Position numbers and translations under genes: made by a program. Shown piece by piece: positions 1 through 9,855 of a DNA stretch of 64,000 nt; the first letter of the stretch is position 1, and the number at the start of each line of letters is the position of its first letter. Below the pieces are notes generated by a model. The model made no database searches and was not told the origin of the DNA. It was given only the letters and a program-made list of their open reading frames with translations. Origin of the DNA: Longimicrobiales bacterium (GTDB lineage Bacteria; Gemmatimonadota; Gemmatimonadetes; Longimicrobiales; Gaopeijiaceae); contig OZ250165.1 of NCBI GenBank assembly GCA_965238005.1, forward strand, positions 3,424,001 through 3,488,000, written 5' to 3'.

Positions 1-355
1 CGGCGCCCTGGTGAGGCGCTCCATGGACGCCGCGAAGACGGCGGCGGACCAGCACGGCATCGACTGCGAGATCATCGATCTACGAACGCTTTCGCCTTTG
101 GATATGGAGTCTGTGGCCGCGTCGGTGAAGAAGACCAACAAGGTCCTCGTCACCCACGAGGACTCCCTCTCCTGGGGTATCGGCTCGGAGATCGTGGCCC
201 GCATCGCGGACGAGCTCTTCCCCTGGCTGGACGGGCCGGTGCGGCGAGTGGCGTCGATGGACACCTGGGTCGCCTATGCGCCGCTGTTGGAAGAAGCCAT
301 CCTCCCCCAGCCCAAAGACGTCCTCGAGGGAATCCTGGACCTGGCGAAGTACTAG
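1..355 (+). CDS. 2-oxoacid dehydrogenase E1 beta / transketolase C-terminal domain (5' truncated by window)
   Basis: EIIDLRTLSPLD...VLVTHED...GIGSEIVARI...LDGPVRRVAS motifs. Confidence 0.9.
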   Translation, partial: GALVRRSMDAAKTAADQHGIDCEIIDLRTLSPLDMESVAASVKKTNKVLVTHEDSLSWGIGSEIVARIADELFPWLDGPVRRVASMDTWVAYAPLLEEAILPQPKDVLEGILDLAKY

Positions 356-420
356 TGTCCCGTTACCAACGTGTCTCGGCCAGTCGAGGGCACGGTGCAT
401 CCGTGGCAACGGAACACTAG
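352..420. mobile_element. Short CTAG-flanked MITE, internally deleted relative of 39511-39696
   Basis: CTAG-TGTCCCGTTACC...GGCAACGGAACA-CTAG; first ~55 bp are a near-exact reverse complement of the right end of the 39511-39696 element. Confidence 0.75.
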
Positions 421-1709
421 TTCTCGGATTCCGGATGGGTGCTCTCCGGCTGTGCCCTGGCGCCTTCGGGCAGGATCAGGCGGACGGCCCGCCGATAGAA
501 AACGTAGTTCCAGGCCCAGTTCACCAGGACCAGCGCGCGGTTGCGGAATCCGATGAGCCAAGCCAGGTGGATCGTCAGCCACAACACCCACGCACAAAAG
601 CCCGTAAAGGATCTTCCCCGGACGCTGGCGACGGCGGCGTTACGCCCGATCACTGCCAGCATTCCAAGGTCTTTGTAGGCGAACGTGCCGGGCGCCTTGC
701 CGGCGATGAGCTTTGCGATGCTGTCCGCCGCCGTGCTCCCCTGCTGAAGGGCGACCTGAGCCACCTGTGGCAACGGTTTCCCTTCCACCTCGAGAAAGGC
801 CAGGTCCCCCACCACGAACACATCCGGGTGGCCCGGTACCTGTAGTGTCGGCTCCACCGGCACGCGTCCGGACGGCCCCACCGGAAGCCCCCACCGGCCC
901 ATCGCCGGATCGCCCTGAACTCCCGCCGCCCACACAACGGTGTGGGTCGGGAGCTCTCCCTGGGCGCTCGTCACGGCTGCGTTCGGTCGGACAACTAGGA
1001 CCCGTGAGCCGAGCCGGACCGTCACGCCACGTTTCTCCAGGCGGGCGCGCGCATACTCCTGCAGGTGTCCCGGCATACCCGGAAGAAGGCGCTCCTCTCC
1101 CTCCACGAGAATCACGTCCACTTCATCCGGAGAGATGTCCCGGTAGTCCTTCAGCAGGGGGCCGTAGATCAGCTCTGCCAGCGCCCCGGCATACTCCGCC
1201 CCGGTGGGGCCCCCACCGACGATGGCAAACCGAAGTAGGGCGCGACGCTCCTCCGGGTCCGATGCCTGAGCCGCCCGCTCGAAGCAGGCCAGGACGTGGT
1301 AGCGGAGGGGGATGGCGTCGTCCATCGTCCGGAGCGGGAAGGAATGGCGGGCAGCACCCTCGACATCAAAGAAGTTCGGGACGCTGCCCGGAGCGAGAAC
1401 CAGATAGTCGTAGTCCAGCGAGCCGCCGTCCGTGACGATGGTCCTAGCATCGAGGTCGAGCTCGCGCAGCTCCGCCTTCCGGAAGTCGACCAGCGGCTCT
1501 TTTCGGAAGAGACTCCTTATGGGGTAGGCGATCTCTCCCGGACCGAGCTCGGCGGCGGCCACTTGGTAGAGGAGCGGGAAGAAGGTGTGATAGTTGTTGC
1601 GGTCGAGCACGATCACCCGCAGCCCGTGCCGAACGAAGCGCCTCGCCGCCCACAGGCCCCCGAAGCCCGCACCCACGACCACGATCCGAGGATGTGATGG
1701 AGGGTCCAC
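417..1709 (-). CDS. ndh: Type II NADH dehydrogenase (FAD-dependent)
   Basis: GAGFGG, FFPLLYQVA, VGGGPTGAEYAG, PQVAQVALQQG, YKDLGMLAVIGR motifs. Confidence 0.9.
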   Translation of the reverse strand: MDPPSHPRIVVVGAGFGGLWAARRFVRHGLRVIVLDRNNYHTFFPLLYQVAAAELGPGEIAYPIRSLFRKEPLVDFRKAELRELDLDARTIVTDGGSLDYDYLVLAPGSVPNFFDVEGAARHSFPLRTMDDAIPLRYHVLACFERAAQASDPEERRALLRFAIVGGGPTGAEYAGALAELIYGPLLKDYRDISPDEVDVILVEGEERLLPGMPGHLQEYARARLEKRGVTVRLGSRVLVVRPNAAVTSAQGELPTHTVVWAAGVQGDPAMGRWGLPVGPSGRVPVEPTLQVPGHPDVFVVGDLAFLEVEGKPLPQVAQVALQQGSTAADSIAKLIAGKAPGTFAYKDLGMLAVIGRNAAVASVRGRSFTGFCAWVLWLTIHLAWLIGFRNRALVLVNWAWNYVFYRRAVRLILPEGARAQPESTHPESEN

Positions 1710-1712
1710 AGA

Positions 1713-2909
1713 CTAGTACTTCGGGAGGCTCGAGTCGATCTCGTCCACCCAGGCGAGGATGCCTCCTGTGAGGTTGTCCACACGCCTGAAGCCCGCGTCC
1801 ACCAGTGCGTCGGCGGCCATGAGGCTACGCGTCCCGGACCGGCAGTACACCACGATCTCTCGATCCCGGGGCAGCTCGTTCATCCGATCGGGTAGCTCGC
1901 CAAGGGGGACCCGCACCTCCCCATCGGCATGAACGCTCACGATATCCCACTCGAAAGGCTCCCTGACATCGAGAAGCAGCGGTGGCTCGGCTTCGGCGAG
2001 ACGCTCCTTCAGTTCCCTGGGGCCAACCTCGCCGACGCCATTCGGGTGCTCCTGTTCCGTCTCTCCAGCCCCCGCCGCTCCTTCAACCTGAGAGCGGAGT
2101 CCGCAGAAGTCCTCGTAGTCGATGAGACTCGTCTGGGTCGGCACGTCTCCACATACCGGACAGTCCGGGTTCCGGCTCAGCGCGACCTCTCTCCAGGTCA
2201 GGTCCATGGCGTCGAAGATAAGGAGCCGCCCGCTGAGGGTGTTGCCCTTTCCAAGGACGAGCTTGATGACCTCCAGGGCCTGGAGCGAACCGATGACCCC
2301 CGGGAGGACTCCCAACACACCGGCTTCTGCGCAGTTGGGCACGAGGCCCGGAGGGGGCGGCTCACGGAAGAGGCAGCGGTAGCAAGGCCCGTCATCGAGT
2401 CCGAAGACCGAAACCTGCCCTTCCCAGCGGAAGATCGAGCCATAGACGTTGGGCTTGCCCAAGAGCACGCATGCGTCGTTGACCAGATAGCGCGTCGGGA
2501 AATTGTCGGTACCGTCCACCACCACATCGTACGGCTCGAGAATCTCCAGGGCGTTGTCGGAGCTAAGTCGTACGGGGTGTGCGACCACGTCCACGTGCGG
2601 ATTGATGTCTGCCAGTCGGTCCTTAGCCGATTCGAGCTTGTGCCGCCCAATGTCCTTGGTGCCGTGCAGGATCTGCCGCTGGAGGTTGCTCGCGTCCACC
2701 TCATCGAAGTCCACCAGACCGAGTGTGCCGATTCCGGCGGCGGCCAGGTAGAGGGCCAAAGGTGAGCCGAGGCCCCCCGCACCCACCACCAGCACCCGAG
2801 CCTCCTTGAGGCGTTGCTGGCCCTCTAGTCCCACCTCGGGAAGCGACAGATGTCGGGCGTACCGGGTCAGCTCCGCCGGCTCCAGCTCAGGATTGCGACG
2901 CTCTGCCAA
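1713..2909 (-). CDS. moeB: Molybdopterin-synthase adenylyltransferase with C-terminal rhodanese (MoeB/MoeZ)
   Basis: RYARHL, GAGGLGSP, SNLQRQ, CYRC/CPVC zinc motifs, rhodanese YCRSG; TTG start inferred. Confidence 0.92.
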   Translation of the reverse strand: MAERRNPELEPAELTRYARHLSLPEVGLEGQQRLKEARVLVVGAGGLGSPLALYLAAAGIGTLGLVDFDEVDASNLQRQILHGTKDIGRHKLESAKDRLADINPHVDVVAHPVRLSSDNALEILEPYDVVVDGTDNFPTRYLVNDACVLLGKPNVYGSIFRWEGQVSVFGLDDGPCYRCLFREPPPPGLVPNCAEAGVLGVLPGVIGSLQALEVIKLVLGKGNTLSGRLLIFDAMDLTWREVALSRNPDCPVCGDVPTQTSLIDYEDFCGLRSQVEGAAGAGETEQEHPNGVGEVGPRELKERLAEAEPPLLLDVREPFEWDIVSVHADGEVRVPLGELPDRMNELPRDREIVVYCRSGTRSLMAADALVDAGFRRVDNLTGGILAWVDEIDSSLPKY

Positions 2910-3004
2910 GGTCGAGTCTCTGTCGTCAAAGGGGGCGCGATCTCTGGCGAACTTGCACCCCCTCGTGGGATTCAGGTTCCTCAGCCGGGGAGGCGATGAA
3001 GTCT

Positions 3005-5191
3005 CTATTGCTCCGAGGACAGGTAGCGTAGGCCTCCCAGGGCCGTCGTGCGGAAAGCGGCGGCCTCTTCGGCCAGGTCGTTCACCTCCTCCGTGGCCAC
3101 TCCGGCGATGGCAGCGGCGTCGGCAAGCTGAGCGAACAGGAACTGATAGTGGAGCGGGATATTCAGCGTGCTGCGATCCTGCCAGATGTCCCGGTCCCGG
3201 ATCCCTCGGTACTGATAGACGTCGCGCACCAGGGCGAAATTCCGGTCGAGGTCGAACCACTCGCCGCCCATTCGATCGCTTCCCTGAACCAACCCCTCCG
3301 GGCGCTCCCCATTCAAGGTCCGCATCACCAGCTTCGTGGTGAGGCCGTGACGGATCCCCCAGTCCTGCAGACCGAGGTCTCCCAGCAGGCCGGCGGAGCT
3401 CGCGAAGTAGATGGGACGCTGTCCGATGGAGTCGTGGATGAAGCTCAGAGCCAGGCGGTGCCCACGGTCCAGGTACGTCCCCGCCGGATACCTTACCACC
3501 ACAGCGCCGAGCGCTAGGCTCAGGTCGTCGGGGATCCTACCCGACCCCACGGCATCGAGGATCTCGTCGCTGGCTCCCGTGATGGCCGAGTCCGGGATCG
3601 GGGTGGCAGGATAAAGGCCCACGGCGAACTCTTCGCTGAACGGCCTCTGCCGCTCCGGCTCCGTCATGTCCCGGAGCTGCTTGGGATACCAGTCCGTGTA
3701 GAGGTATTGGAGGACGATGACGCTCACGTCCTTCCGAATCCCCTCGATCTCCTGCAGGTACCAGAGCGGGAAGGTATCGTTATCCCCATTGGTGAAGAGT
3801 ATCCCGTACGGCTCGACGCTCATCAGAAGATCGTAGGCCCAATCGCGCGGGGCGTAGTCCCCCGCCCGGCTAGCCCAGGCCCAATTGTAGGCCAACGGGA
3901 TCAGGGCGACGATGAAGATCGGAGCTGCTTTCCGATATGCCGCTCCGCCACCCCAGTGGTCCGAGAGTGCCGACCAGAACCCCGCGAGACCGAGCCCGGC
4001 CAGGTTGCCCCACAGAATGAAGCTGGCCACGAAGAAGTAGTCCCTTTCACGCACCTCGTGGGCCAGCCGATCCGTTACGTGGGGGGCGAGTGAGAACCCG
4101 TACTTGAAGTTCAGATAGACGACCAGGCCAAGCGTGACTGTGGCCGTCAGAGCCACCATGTACGCGAAGATGTACCGATCCGCTCGCCACACGACGAGAA
4201 AGCCCATGAACCCCATAGCCATGAACAGCACGGTCGCCGGCAGACGAGCGCCCATGGGCAACGACCCGAGATCGGCTCCTCTCGCCCACTGCCAATCGAA
4301 GTACTGGAAGTAGTTGAGCAGCTGATCTCGGAGCGGTGCCTGCCGCTCGCTGACCGGAGCCTTGGCGTACTGCTCCCGACTCAGGGACGAGGCCAGAGCG
4401 GGGCAACCGGCCTTACCGTTGGTGTAGATGGCCACTGCCACCCCACCGGCAGACGTACAGGTAGGATCGCCCTCGTTTATGATCGGATCCTGGGCCGCGC
4501 GAATGGGCAGGAAGACGTTGAACGACAGCCCCAGCACCACCAGGGGAGCGGCACGGATCCAGAATCCCTTGCGCAACAGGACCGCTGGGCCCGCCAGAAG
4601 CACGAAGAGACCGAAAGCAGGCAGCGGAATTACCGACATGAGATGGTTGGCGGCCCCGAGAACCATCACATAGAGGGCTCCAAGTAGCGCCCTCAGGCCC
4701 GCCGGCTCGTCTTGCTGGTCATACCAACGGAGGAGCAGCCACGACGCAGAGGCCACGATGGCCACACTCACCGTATAGACCTTCTCGTTCGCGTTCGACT
4801 GATTCCACACGGTGTACGCCGTAGCTCCCATGAGGGCTCCGGACGCGGCACCCACGACGGCCATCCAACGCTCTTCGAGCACCGCCGAGAGGATCCGATG
4901 GCCGATCATGAAGAAGAAGAACGTGGCCGTTGCACTGGTGAAGGCGGCCAAGAGGTTGATGCGGACGGCCACGGGCAACCCAAGCGGTGCCAGCAGCAGG
5001 CTCCACGTGCGGGCCACCGACACGAACAGCGGATTCCCGGGCGGGTGAGGAATGCCCAGGAGGTGCCCCGTAGTGATGTACTCGCTGGCGTCCCACCACG
5101 CCGTGGTGGGTGCCAGGGTCAACACGTAGAGCGCGAAGATCGCCGCTCCCACGAGAGCGCCGGCTCGGTACGGCGGTCGATATCCCGTCAT
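3005..5191 (-). CDS. DUF2723-family membrane protein (GT-C-like)
   Basis: WDASEYI...IPHPPGNPLF, RERDYFF, FTNGDNDTFPLWY motifs; many TM helices. Confidence 0.85.
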   Translation of the reverse strand: MTGYRPPYRAGALVGAAIFALYVLTLAPTTAWWDASEYITTGHLLGIPHPPGNPLFVSVARTWSLLLAPLGLPVAVRINLLAAFTSATATFFFFMIGHRILSAVLEERWMAVVGAASGALMGATAYTVWNQSNANEKVYTVSVAIVASASWLLLRWYDQQDEPAGLRALLGALYVMVLGAANHLMSVIPLPAFGLFVLLAGPAVLLRKGFWIRAAPLVVLGLSFNVFLPIRAAQDPIINEGDPTCTSAGGVAVAIYTNGKAGCPALASSLSREQYAKAPVSERQAPLRDQLLNYFQYFDWQWARGADLGSLPMGARLPATVLFMAMGFMGFLVVWRADRYIFAYMVALTATVTLGLVVYLNFKYGFSLAPHVTDRLAHEVRERDYFFVASFILWGNLAGLGLAGFWSALSDHWGGGAAYRKAAPIFIVALIPLAYNWAWASRAGDYAPRDWAYDLLMSVEPYGILFTNGDNDTFPLWYLQEIEGIRKDVSVIVLQYLYTDWYPKQLRDMTEPERQRPFSEEFAVGLYPATPIPDSAITGASDEILDAVGSGRIPDDLSLALGAVVVRYPAGTYLDRGHRLALSFIHDSIGQRPIYFASSAGLLGDLGLQDWGIRHGLTTKLVMRTLNGERPEGLVQGSDRMGGEWFDLDRNFALVRDVYQYRGIRDRDIWQDRSTLNIPLHYQFLFAQLADAAAIAGVATEEVNDLAEEAAAFRTTALGGLRYLSSEQ

Positions 5192-5285
5192 CCCCTACCC
5201 TGGTGTGAGAAATGATGCGCGTGACCGGACTCGCACGAGCTTGTAGCGCATCCGCCCCCAACGGTTCCGCCTACCGCCTGTGAGG

Positions 5286-6557
5286 TCAACCGTCGGACGG
5301 CAGTCCCTCCCGGCCCGCGCTGTCCAGGAGCTCCAGGACCCGGTCCAGGTCTGAAGGGCGATTATAGATGTGGGTGGACAGGCGCATCCAACCGTAGTCG
5401 TACTCTCCAATGACCCGCGTGCGGATCTTGGCGGTGCGGCTCAAGTGGACCTGGAGCGCCAAGGAGTCGATACCCTCCATCCGGAACGACACCATTCCGG
5501 AAGACAGCTCGTCGCCCTCCGGAGACACGATCTCAACGCTCGGCAGGCTCTCCAACCCGGCGCGCAGGAGTGCATGGAGATAGCGCACCCTGGCCTCGAT
5601 CCGGTCGACCCCCAGCACGCCATGGAACTCCACGGCCGCCAGGAGGCCGGCGAGGCGGGACTCGTCGAAGGTCCCGAGGTGGTTGAACCGCTGGGCGCCC
5701 AGATCGAGATCATCCCAGCCACCCGAGGCGAGGGTCGGCCAGAGCCGGGTCCGCCATTCGCTCGTCATGTAGAGGAGCCCCGTCCCCTGCGGCGCGAGCA
5801 GCCACTTGTGGGGTGAGGATGCGTAGAAGTCGCCGCCCAGATCCCGGAGGCTGACCCGAAGCATGCCAGGGGGGTGCGCGCCGTCCACCGCGAAGACGAT
5901 GGACCGGTCACGGCAGACCCGGGCCAGGTCGGCGATGGGCAGTACGGTGCCCGTGGTGAACGTGACGTGGGAGAGGGCCAGCACACGGGTACGGGGCGTG
6001 AGGGCTCCCACCACGGCGTCCAGGAGCTCACCGGTCGAGCGGGCAGGCGTCGGAAGGCGGGCACTCTCCAGCGAGGCTCCGCGACGCGCGCACACCAGCT
6101 CCCAGGGCTTGTACCCACCGATGTGCTCATGGTCAGTGACGACCACCTCGTCGCCCACCTCCAGCTCGAGGCCGTTGGCCACGAAGTTCATGGCTTCCGT
6201 CGTGTTCCTCGGGAACACGACGCCCTCCGGGTCGGCATCCAAGAGCGCTCCCATGGCCCCCTTGAGATCATCCCAGCGGACTCCGGGTGGGTAGGTGGCC
6301 GCCACCCGTCGCGCGTGCTCGGCGACCGCCTCCACTACCACCCTGGGGGACGGCCCCAGAGTCCCGTTGTTCAGGTAGATACGATCGCTGGGGATGAGGA
6401 ACTGACTTCGGACGAAACCCCAGAACTCCTCGTCATCGGGAGCCCCACCCACCTGGAGGTCGCGACCGAGGGCGGCAACGGCGTGAGGCCAGGCCAGGGC
6501 CGCCGCCCCGGCGGCGTGAAGAAAGCTGCGTCGTCCTATGGTCATCGGTCGGATCAT
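5286..6557 (-). CDS. Tat-exported class V PLP aminotransferase (isopenicillin N epimerase/desulfurase-like)
   Basis: GRRSFL Tat motif; YLNNGTLGP, DGAH, SPHKWL. Confidence 0.85.
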   Translation of the reverse strand: MIRPMTIGRRSFLHAAGAAALAWPHAVAALGRDLQVGGAPDDEEFWGFVRSQFLIPSDRIYLNNGTLGPSPRVVVEAVAEHARRVAATYPPGVRWDDLKGAMGALLDADPEGVVFPRNTTEAMNFVANGLELEVGDEVVVTDHEHIGGYKPWELVCARRGASLESARLPTPARSTGELLDAVVGALTPRTRVLALSHVTFTTGTVLPIADLARVCRDRSIVFAVDGAHPPGMLRVSLRDLGGDFYASSPHKWLLAPQGTGLLYMTSEWRTRLWPTLASGGWDDLDLGAQRFNHLGTFDESRLAGLLAAVEFHGVLGVDRIEARVRYLHALLRAGLESLPSVEIVSPEGDELSSGMVSFRMEGIDSLALQVHLSRTAKIRTRVIGEYDYGWMRLSTHIYNRPSDLDRVLELLDSAGREGLPSDG

Positions 6558-6636
6558 GTTCGCCCCCTCAGACGAACGCAAGCGCATGGGAGGCGGCTGG
6601 CGGCCCCCTCCGCCCCACTCGTAGCTTGACGAATCT

Positions 6637-7734
6637 ATGCGCACAGTCAGAACGTTCCGCTCCGTGAGGAGCTGGCTTACCGGCAAGGCCGCCACGACTG
6701 AGTACGAAACGCTCTTGAACCGAGGCGATAGAGAGGTCCCGGCCTCGGTGATCGTTCCGTGCGCTGCGGCCCGCAAGCTGCCGGGGTGGATCGTCCTCCA
6801 CGGCCTCACCCGACCGGGCCGATTCCACCCCACTCTACTTCGATTCGTGCGGGCTCTCGCGTCATCCCAGGCTGCCGTCCTCGTCCCCCAGGTGCCCGAG
6901 TGGAAGAACCTCCGTCTTGCCCCCGAGTACACACTCTCCACTGTACGGGCCGCCCTCGAGGCGCTCCGCCGCCTCGACGCCACCGACGATGGTCCCTACG
7001 GGATCATCGGCTTCTCGTTCGGAGCCCCCCAAGTCATGATCGCGGCTTCCCACGAGGACATCGCCGAGCAGCTAGGAGGTGCCGTGGGCTTCGGGGGCTA
7101 CTGCGACATGGAACGCATGGTGCGATTCCAGATGACGGGCGAGCATGAATGGGGGGGAGTCACTCACCGCGTCCGGCCGGATCCCTACGGGCGATGGATC
7201 ATCGGCGGAAATCACCTGGTCTCTATTCCCGAGTACCGTGACTCACAGGATGTCGCCGACGCGCTGTGGCGCCTTGCCGTGGAGGCCGGCGAGCGGCGCA
7301 TCCTGGCGTGGGATCCCTCGTACGATGCCCTGAAGAACGAGCTCAGGAAGCATGTTGCGCCGGAGCACACGTGGTTGTTCGACCTGTTCGCCCCTCCCTC
7401 GGACCGTGAGCCGGACATGAGCGGATCCGAGGACATCGCCAAACGGCTGGCTGAAGCCGTCATGGAGTCGGTACCCCTCATGGACCCAAGGCCCTACCTC
7501 GCCCGAATCCGCACGCAAGTCCAGCTCATACATGGAAAGGACGACCGGCTCATCCCCTACACCGAGACCTTGAGGATGCAGGCGTCGTTCCCGGCGGAAC
7601 GGCGCATCGACACCACCATCACGGCCTTCTTCGCCCACTCCGATCAAGGAGGGCGTCTCTCGTCACTCCGGCACGAGTTTCGTGAAGGTCTGAAGCTGGT
7701 GCGGACACTCGGTCGCGTGCTGAGGATCGCCTAG
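6637..7734 (+). CDS. Alpha/beta-hydrolase fold protein
   Basis: LHGLT, GFSFG nucleophile elbow, IHGKDDRLIP. Confidence 0.65.
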   Translation: MRTVRTFRSVRSWLTGKAATTEYETLLNRGDREVPASVIVPCAAARKLPGWIVLHGLTRPGRFHPTLLRFVRALASSQAAVLVPQVPEWKNLRLAPEYTLSTVRAALEALRRLDATDDGPYGIIGFSFGAPQVMIAASHEDIAEQLGGAVGFGGYCDMERMVRFQMTGEHEWGGVTHRVRPDPYGRWIIGGNHLVSIPEYRDSQDVADALWRLAVEAGERRILAWDPSYDALKNELRKHVAPEHTWLFDLFAPPSDREPDMSGSEDIAKRLAEAVMESVPLMDPRPYLARIRTQVQLIHGKDDRLIPYTETLRMQASFPAERRIDTTITAFFAHSDQGGRLSSLRHEFREGLKLVRTLGRVLRIA

Positions 7735-7773
7735 GCTGTTGAAGAAGTACATTGAGCCGTGTGCGGTCGGATC

Positions 7774-9162
7774 CTACCTGGCGGCGAGAATCTGTTGGAC
7801 CACCACCCGAATGTCGGGGTCCTTGTCGTCCTTGGCGGCCTCGACGACGCTCATGGCGTGGGGAGTGCCGATGGAGCCGAGGGCCGAGAGGGCGGCCAAA
7901 CGGACCTCGGGAGAGGGCTTGTAGAAGAGGGATCCGACGGCTCGCTTTTCGATGAGGGCGACGGCGGCGGGATCTCCGAGCTGTCCCAGGGCCCGAAGCA
8001 CCTGCTCGATGACGGGATCGTCGTCGCCGACTTCGAGGATGCTCAGGAGGAGCTTGAAGGCGCGGTCGACCTTGAGAACCGAGACGGCTCGGGCGGCGGC
8101 GGTTCGAACGTCGGCCTCCGAGTCGTTCAGCATTCCCACCACCAACTGAGCCGCATCCTCTCCCCCGATCTTCGCCAGGGAGAGTACGGTTTCGCGACGT
8201 ACTCGCATGTCCTCGCGGGCCAGAGTGCCCGTGAGGTGGGCGATGGCCGTCTCTTCGCCACTCTCGCCGAGGACCGCTACCCCGTTCCTGGCCACGAACC
8301 ACCGCGAGTCCTCGAGCATCCCCTCGACGACCCTCATACCGGACTGCCCGAGGGCCACCAGGGCACCCACGTAGATCTTCCGGGCCAACCGATCGTCGGT
8401 ATCGGTAAGCGCATCGGCAATGGCGGTGGCCATAGGGTCACCCAGCTTGGCGTAGGCATCCACGAGGGCCAATCGCTCGCGCTCGTCCCGGACGCTCCCG
8501 AGGCGGATGGCCATTCGCATCCGTAGGACCACGTTCATGAGCTCGCCGGCCAACGCCTCGGCGGCGGGGTCCGGCACCGGCTGGACCAGGAGCGCATTCA
8601 TGGCCCTGGCCAGGCCGTCCAGAGCGTTGGCGGAGCGGGCCTCTTCCACTGCGGCCCGAAGCGGTTCCGTTAGCGACTTGCGCTGGTCGGAGGTCGCCAT
8701 CAAGTAGCGGGAGGTGGTCTCCTCGAGCTGCAGCTCCACGGATGAGCGGGGCTCCCCCTCGGAGACGGCCTCAGGCTCGATTTCGGGAACCGTCGCCAAC
8801 TCCTCCGCCTCGACCTCCGGCTGGGGGAGCCCGACCTCCGGCTCGGGGGCAGGCGCCTCCGCCTCGGGCTCGGCGGATTCAACGGCCGGCTCGGGGGCAG
8901 ATGCCTCTGCCTCGGGCTCGGCGGATTCGACGGCCGGCTCGGAGGCAGCTGCCTCTGCCTCCAGCTCGGGCTCCTCCGGGCTGGCGGATTGGTCCTCCAC
9001 CACCTCTTCCGCCTCCAACTCGGCGAAGAGGGAGTCGATGGAGCGTGCCCAGCCTTTGAGCTCGCGGTCGTTCTCTTGGGTCACGTGGGGGTCGGCGGAA
9101 AAAGCGATCGATTGGCCGGTCTCCCCCAACCTAGGCCGCGCTTCGGCGAGGCGCGAGAACAA
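7774..9162 (-). CDS. HEAT-repeat protein with acidic low-complexity N-terminus (start uncertain)
   Basis: Repeated RWFVARN/VRRETVLSLAKIG/VRTAAARA HEAT-like units. Confidence 0.8.
   Translation of the reverse strand: MFSRLAEARPRLGETGQSIAFSADPHVTQENDRELKGWARSIDSLFAELEAEEVVEDQSASPEEPELEAEAAASEPAVESAEPEAEASAPEPAVESAEPEAEAPAPEPEVGLPQPEVEAEELATVPEIEPEAVSEGEPRSSVELQLEETTSRYLMATSDQRKSLTEPLRAAVEEARSANALDGLARAMNALLVQPVPDPAAEALAGELMNVVLRMRMAIRLGSVRDERERLALVDAYAKLGDPMATAIADALTDTDDRLARKIYVGALVALGQSGMRVVEGMLEDSRWFVARNGVAVLGESGEETAIAHLTGTLAREDMRVRRETVLSLAKIGGEDAAQLVVGMLNDSEADVRTAAARAVSVLKVDRAFKLLLSILEVGDDDPVIEQVLRALGQLGDPAAVALIEKRAVGSLFYKPSPEVRLAALSALGSIGTPHAMSVVEAAKDDKDPDIRVVVQQILAAR
8838..8961. repeat. 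48-bp in-frame tandem repeat (~2.5 copies) encoding EPAVESAEPEAEAxA
   Basis: CCGGCTCGG..GCAG unit starts at 8838, 8886 and 8934. Confidence 0.85.
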
Positions 9163-9198
9163 TTTGGTGGGGCGGGACGCCGACGACCCCGCTCATCG

Positions 9199-9484
9199 TC
9201 AGATTTCCACTGTGGCCCCGAGACCCATCCGCTCGCCGGCATCCAGGATACGACCGGCCGCGGCCACGTCCTGAGCGGCACTCCGCGACGGACTTGAAGA
9301 GGCCTTCCGGCAGATACCCGGGCATGAACAGGCTCACAGCCTTCTCGGTAGATACCGTCACTCGGTCGGGCACCACGGCGTCGCCCGACGAGAGCTGGGT
9401 GAAAGCCGTCCTCATGGCGTCGATGGCCCCACGCATGTCCAGACACGCGCGTATGTCGGCCGCCGTCAGGATCCGTAGTTGCAT
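9199..9484 (-). pseudogene. Ornithine cyclodeaminase/mu-crystallin family, internally deleted
   Basis: N-terminus (LRILTAADIR...SLFMPGYL) joined to C-terminal LFKSV/AAQDVAAA...GLGATVEI with a frameshift. Confidence 0.8.
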
Positions 9485-9537
9485 GACATCTGTCCCGGAA
9501 GAAGGTTGGGAAAGGTCGTCCGTCCGCGGCCATTCAG

Positions 9538-9817
9538 CCAGTGTGGTGTTGCAGAAGTTCGCGAGCCACCGAGAGTGCCGAGGCGCCGGATCCGGGGTAC
9601 CCCCGCCGTTAGGCGTGGGTCAGGCGCGACGACGAGGAATAGCAACGCGGGCACCGCGGCCGAAGGCCGTGGTCCGAGGAGGAGGAACGCCGCAGGGCCG
9701 GATGCATCGGTGCTCGAGCCGAGCGACCTTCATGCTCGTCGTGAGCGCCCAGTTGACCGCGAGACGATCGAGCGCAGCGAGATCAATGGCCGAGACACTT
9801 CTGGGACACCACACTAG
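9538..9817. mobile_element. MITE-like element with 17-bp TIRs
   Basis: CCAG-TGTGGTGTTGCAGAAGT...ACTTCTGGGACACCACA-CTAG (15/17 IR); internal motifs shared with 39511-39696. Confidence 0.7.
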
Positions 9818-9855
9818 GACCTCCAGCACACACCCTCTGACCGGAACTCATCAAG

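Noticed and set aside
8838..8961. Tandem repeat as a regulatory or array element
   Set aside because: It is an in-frame low-complexity protein linker.
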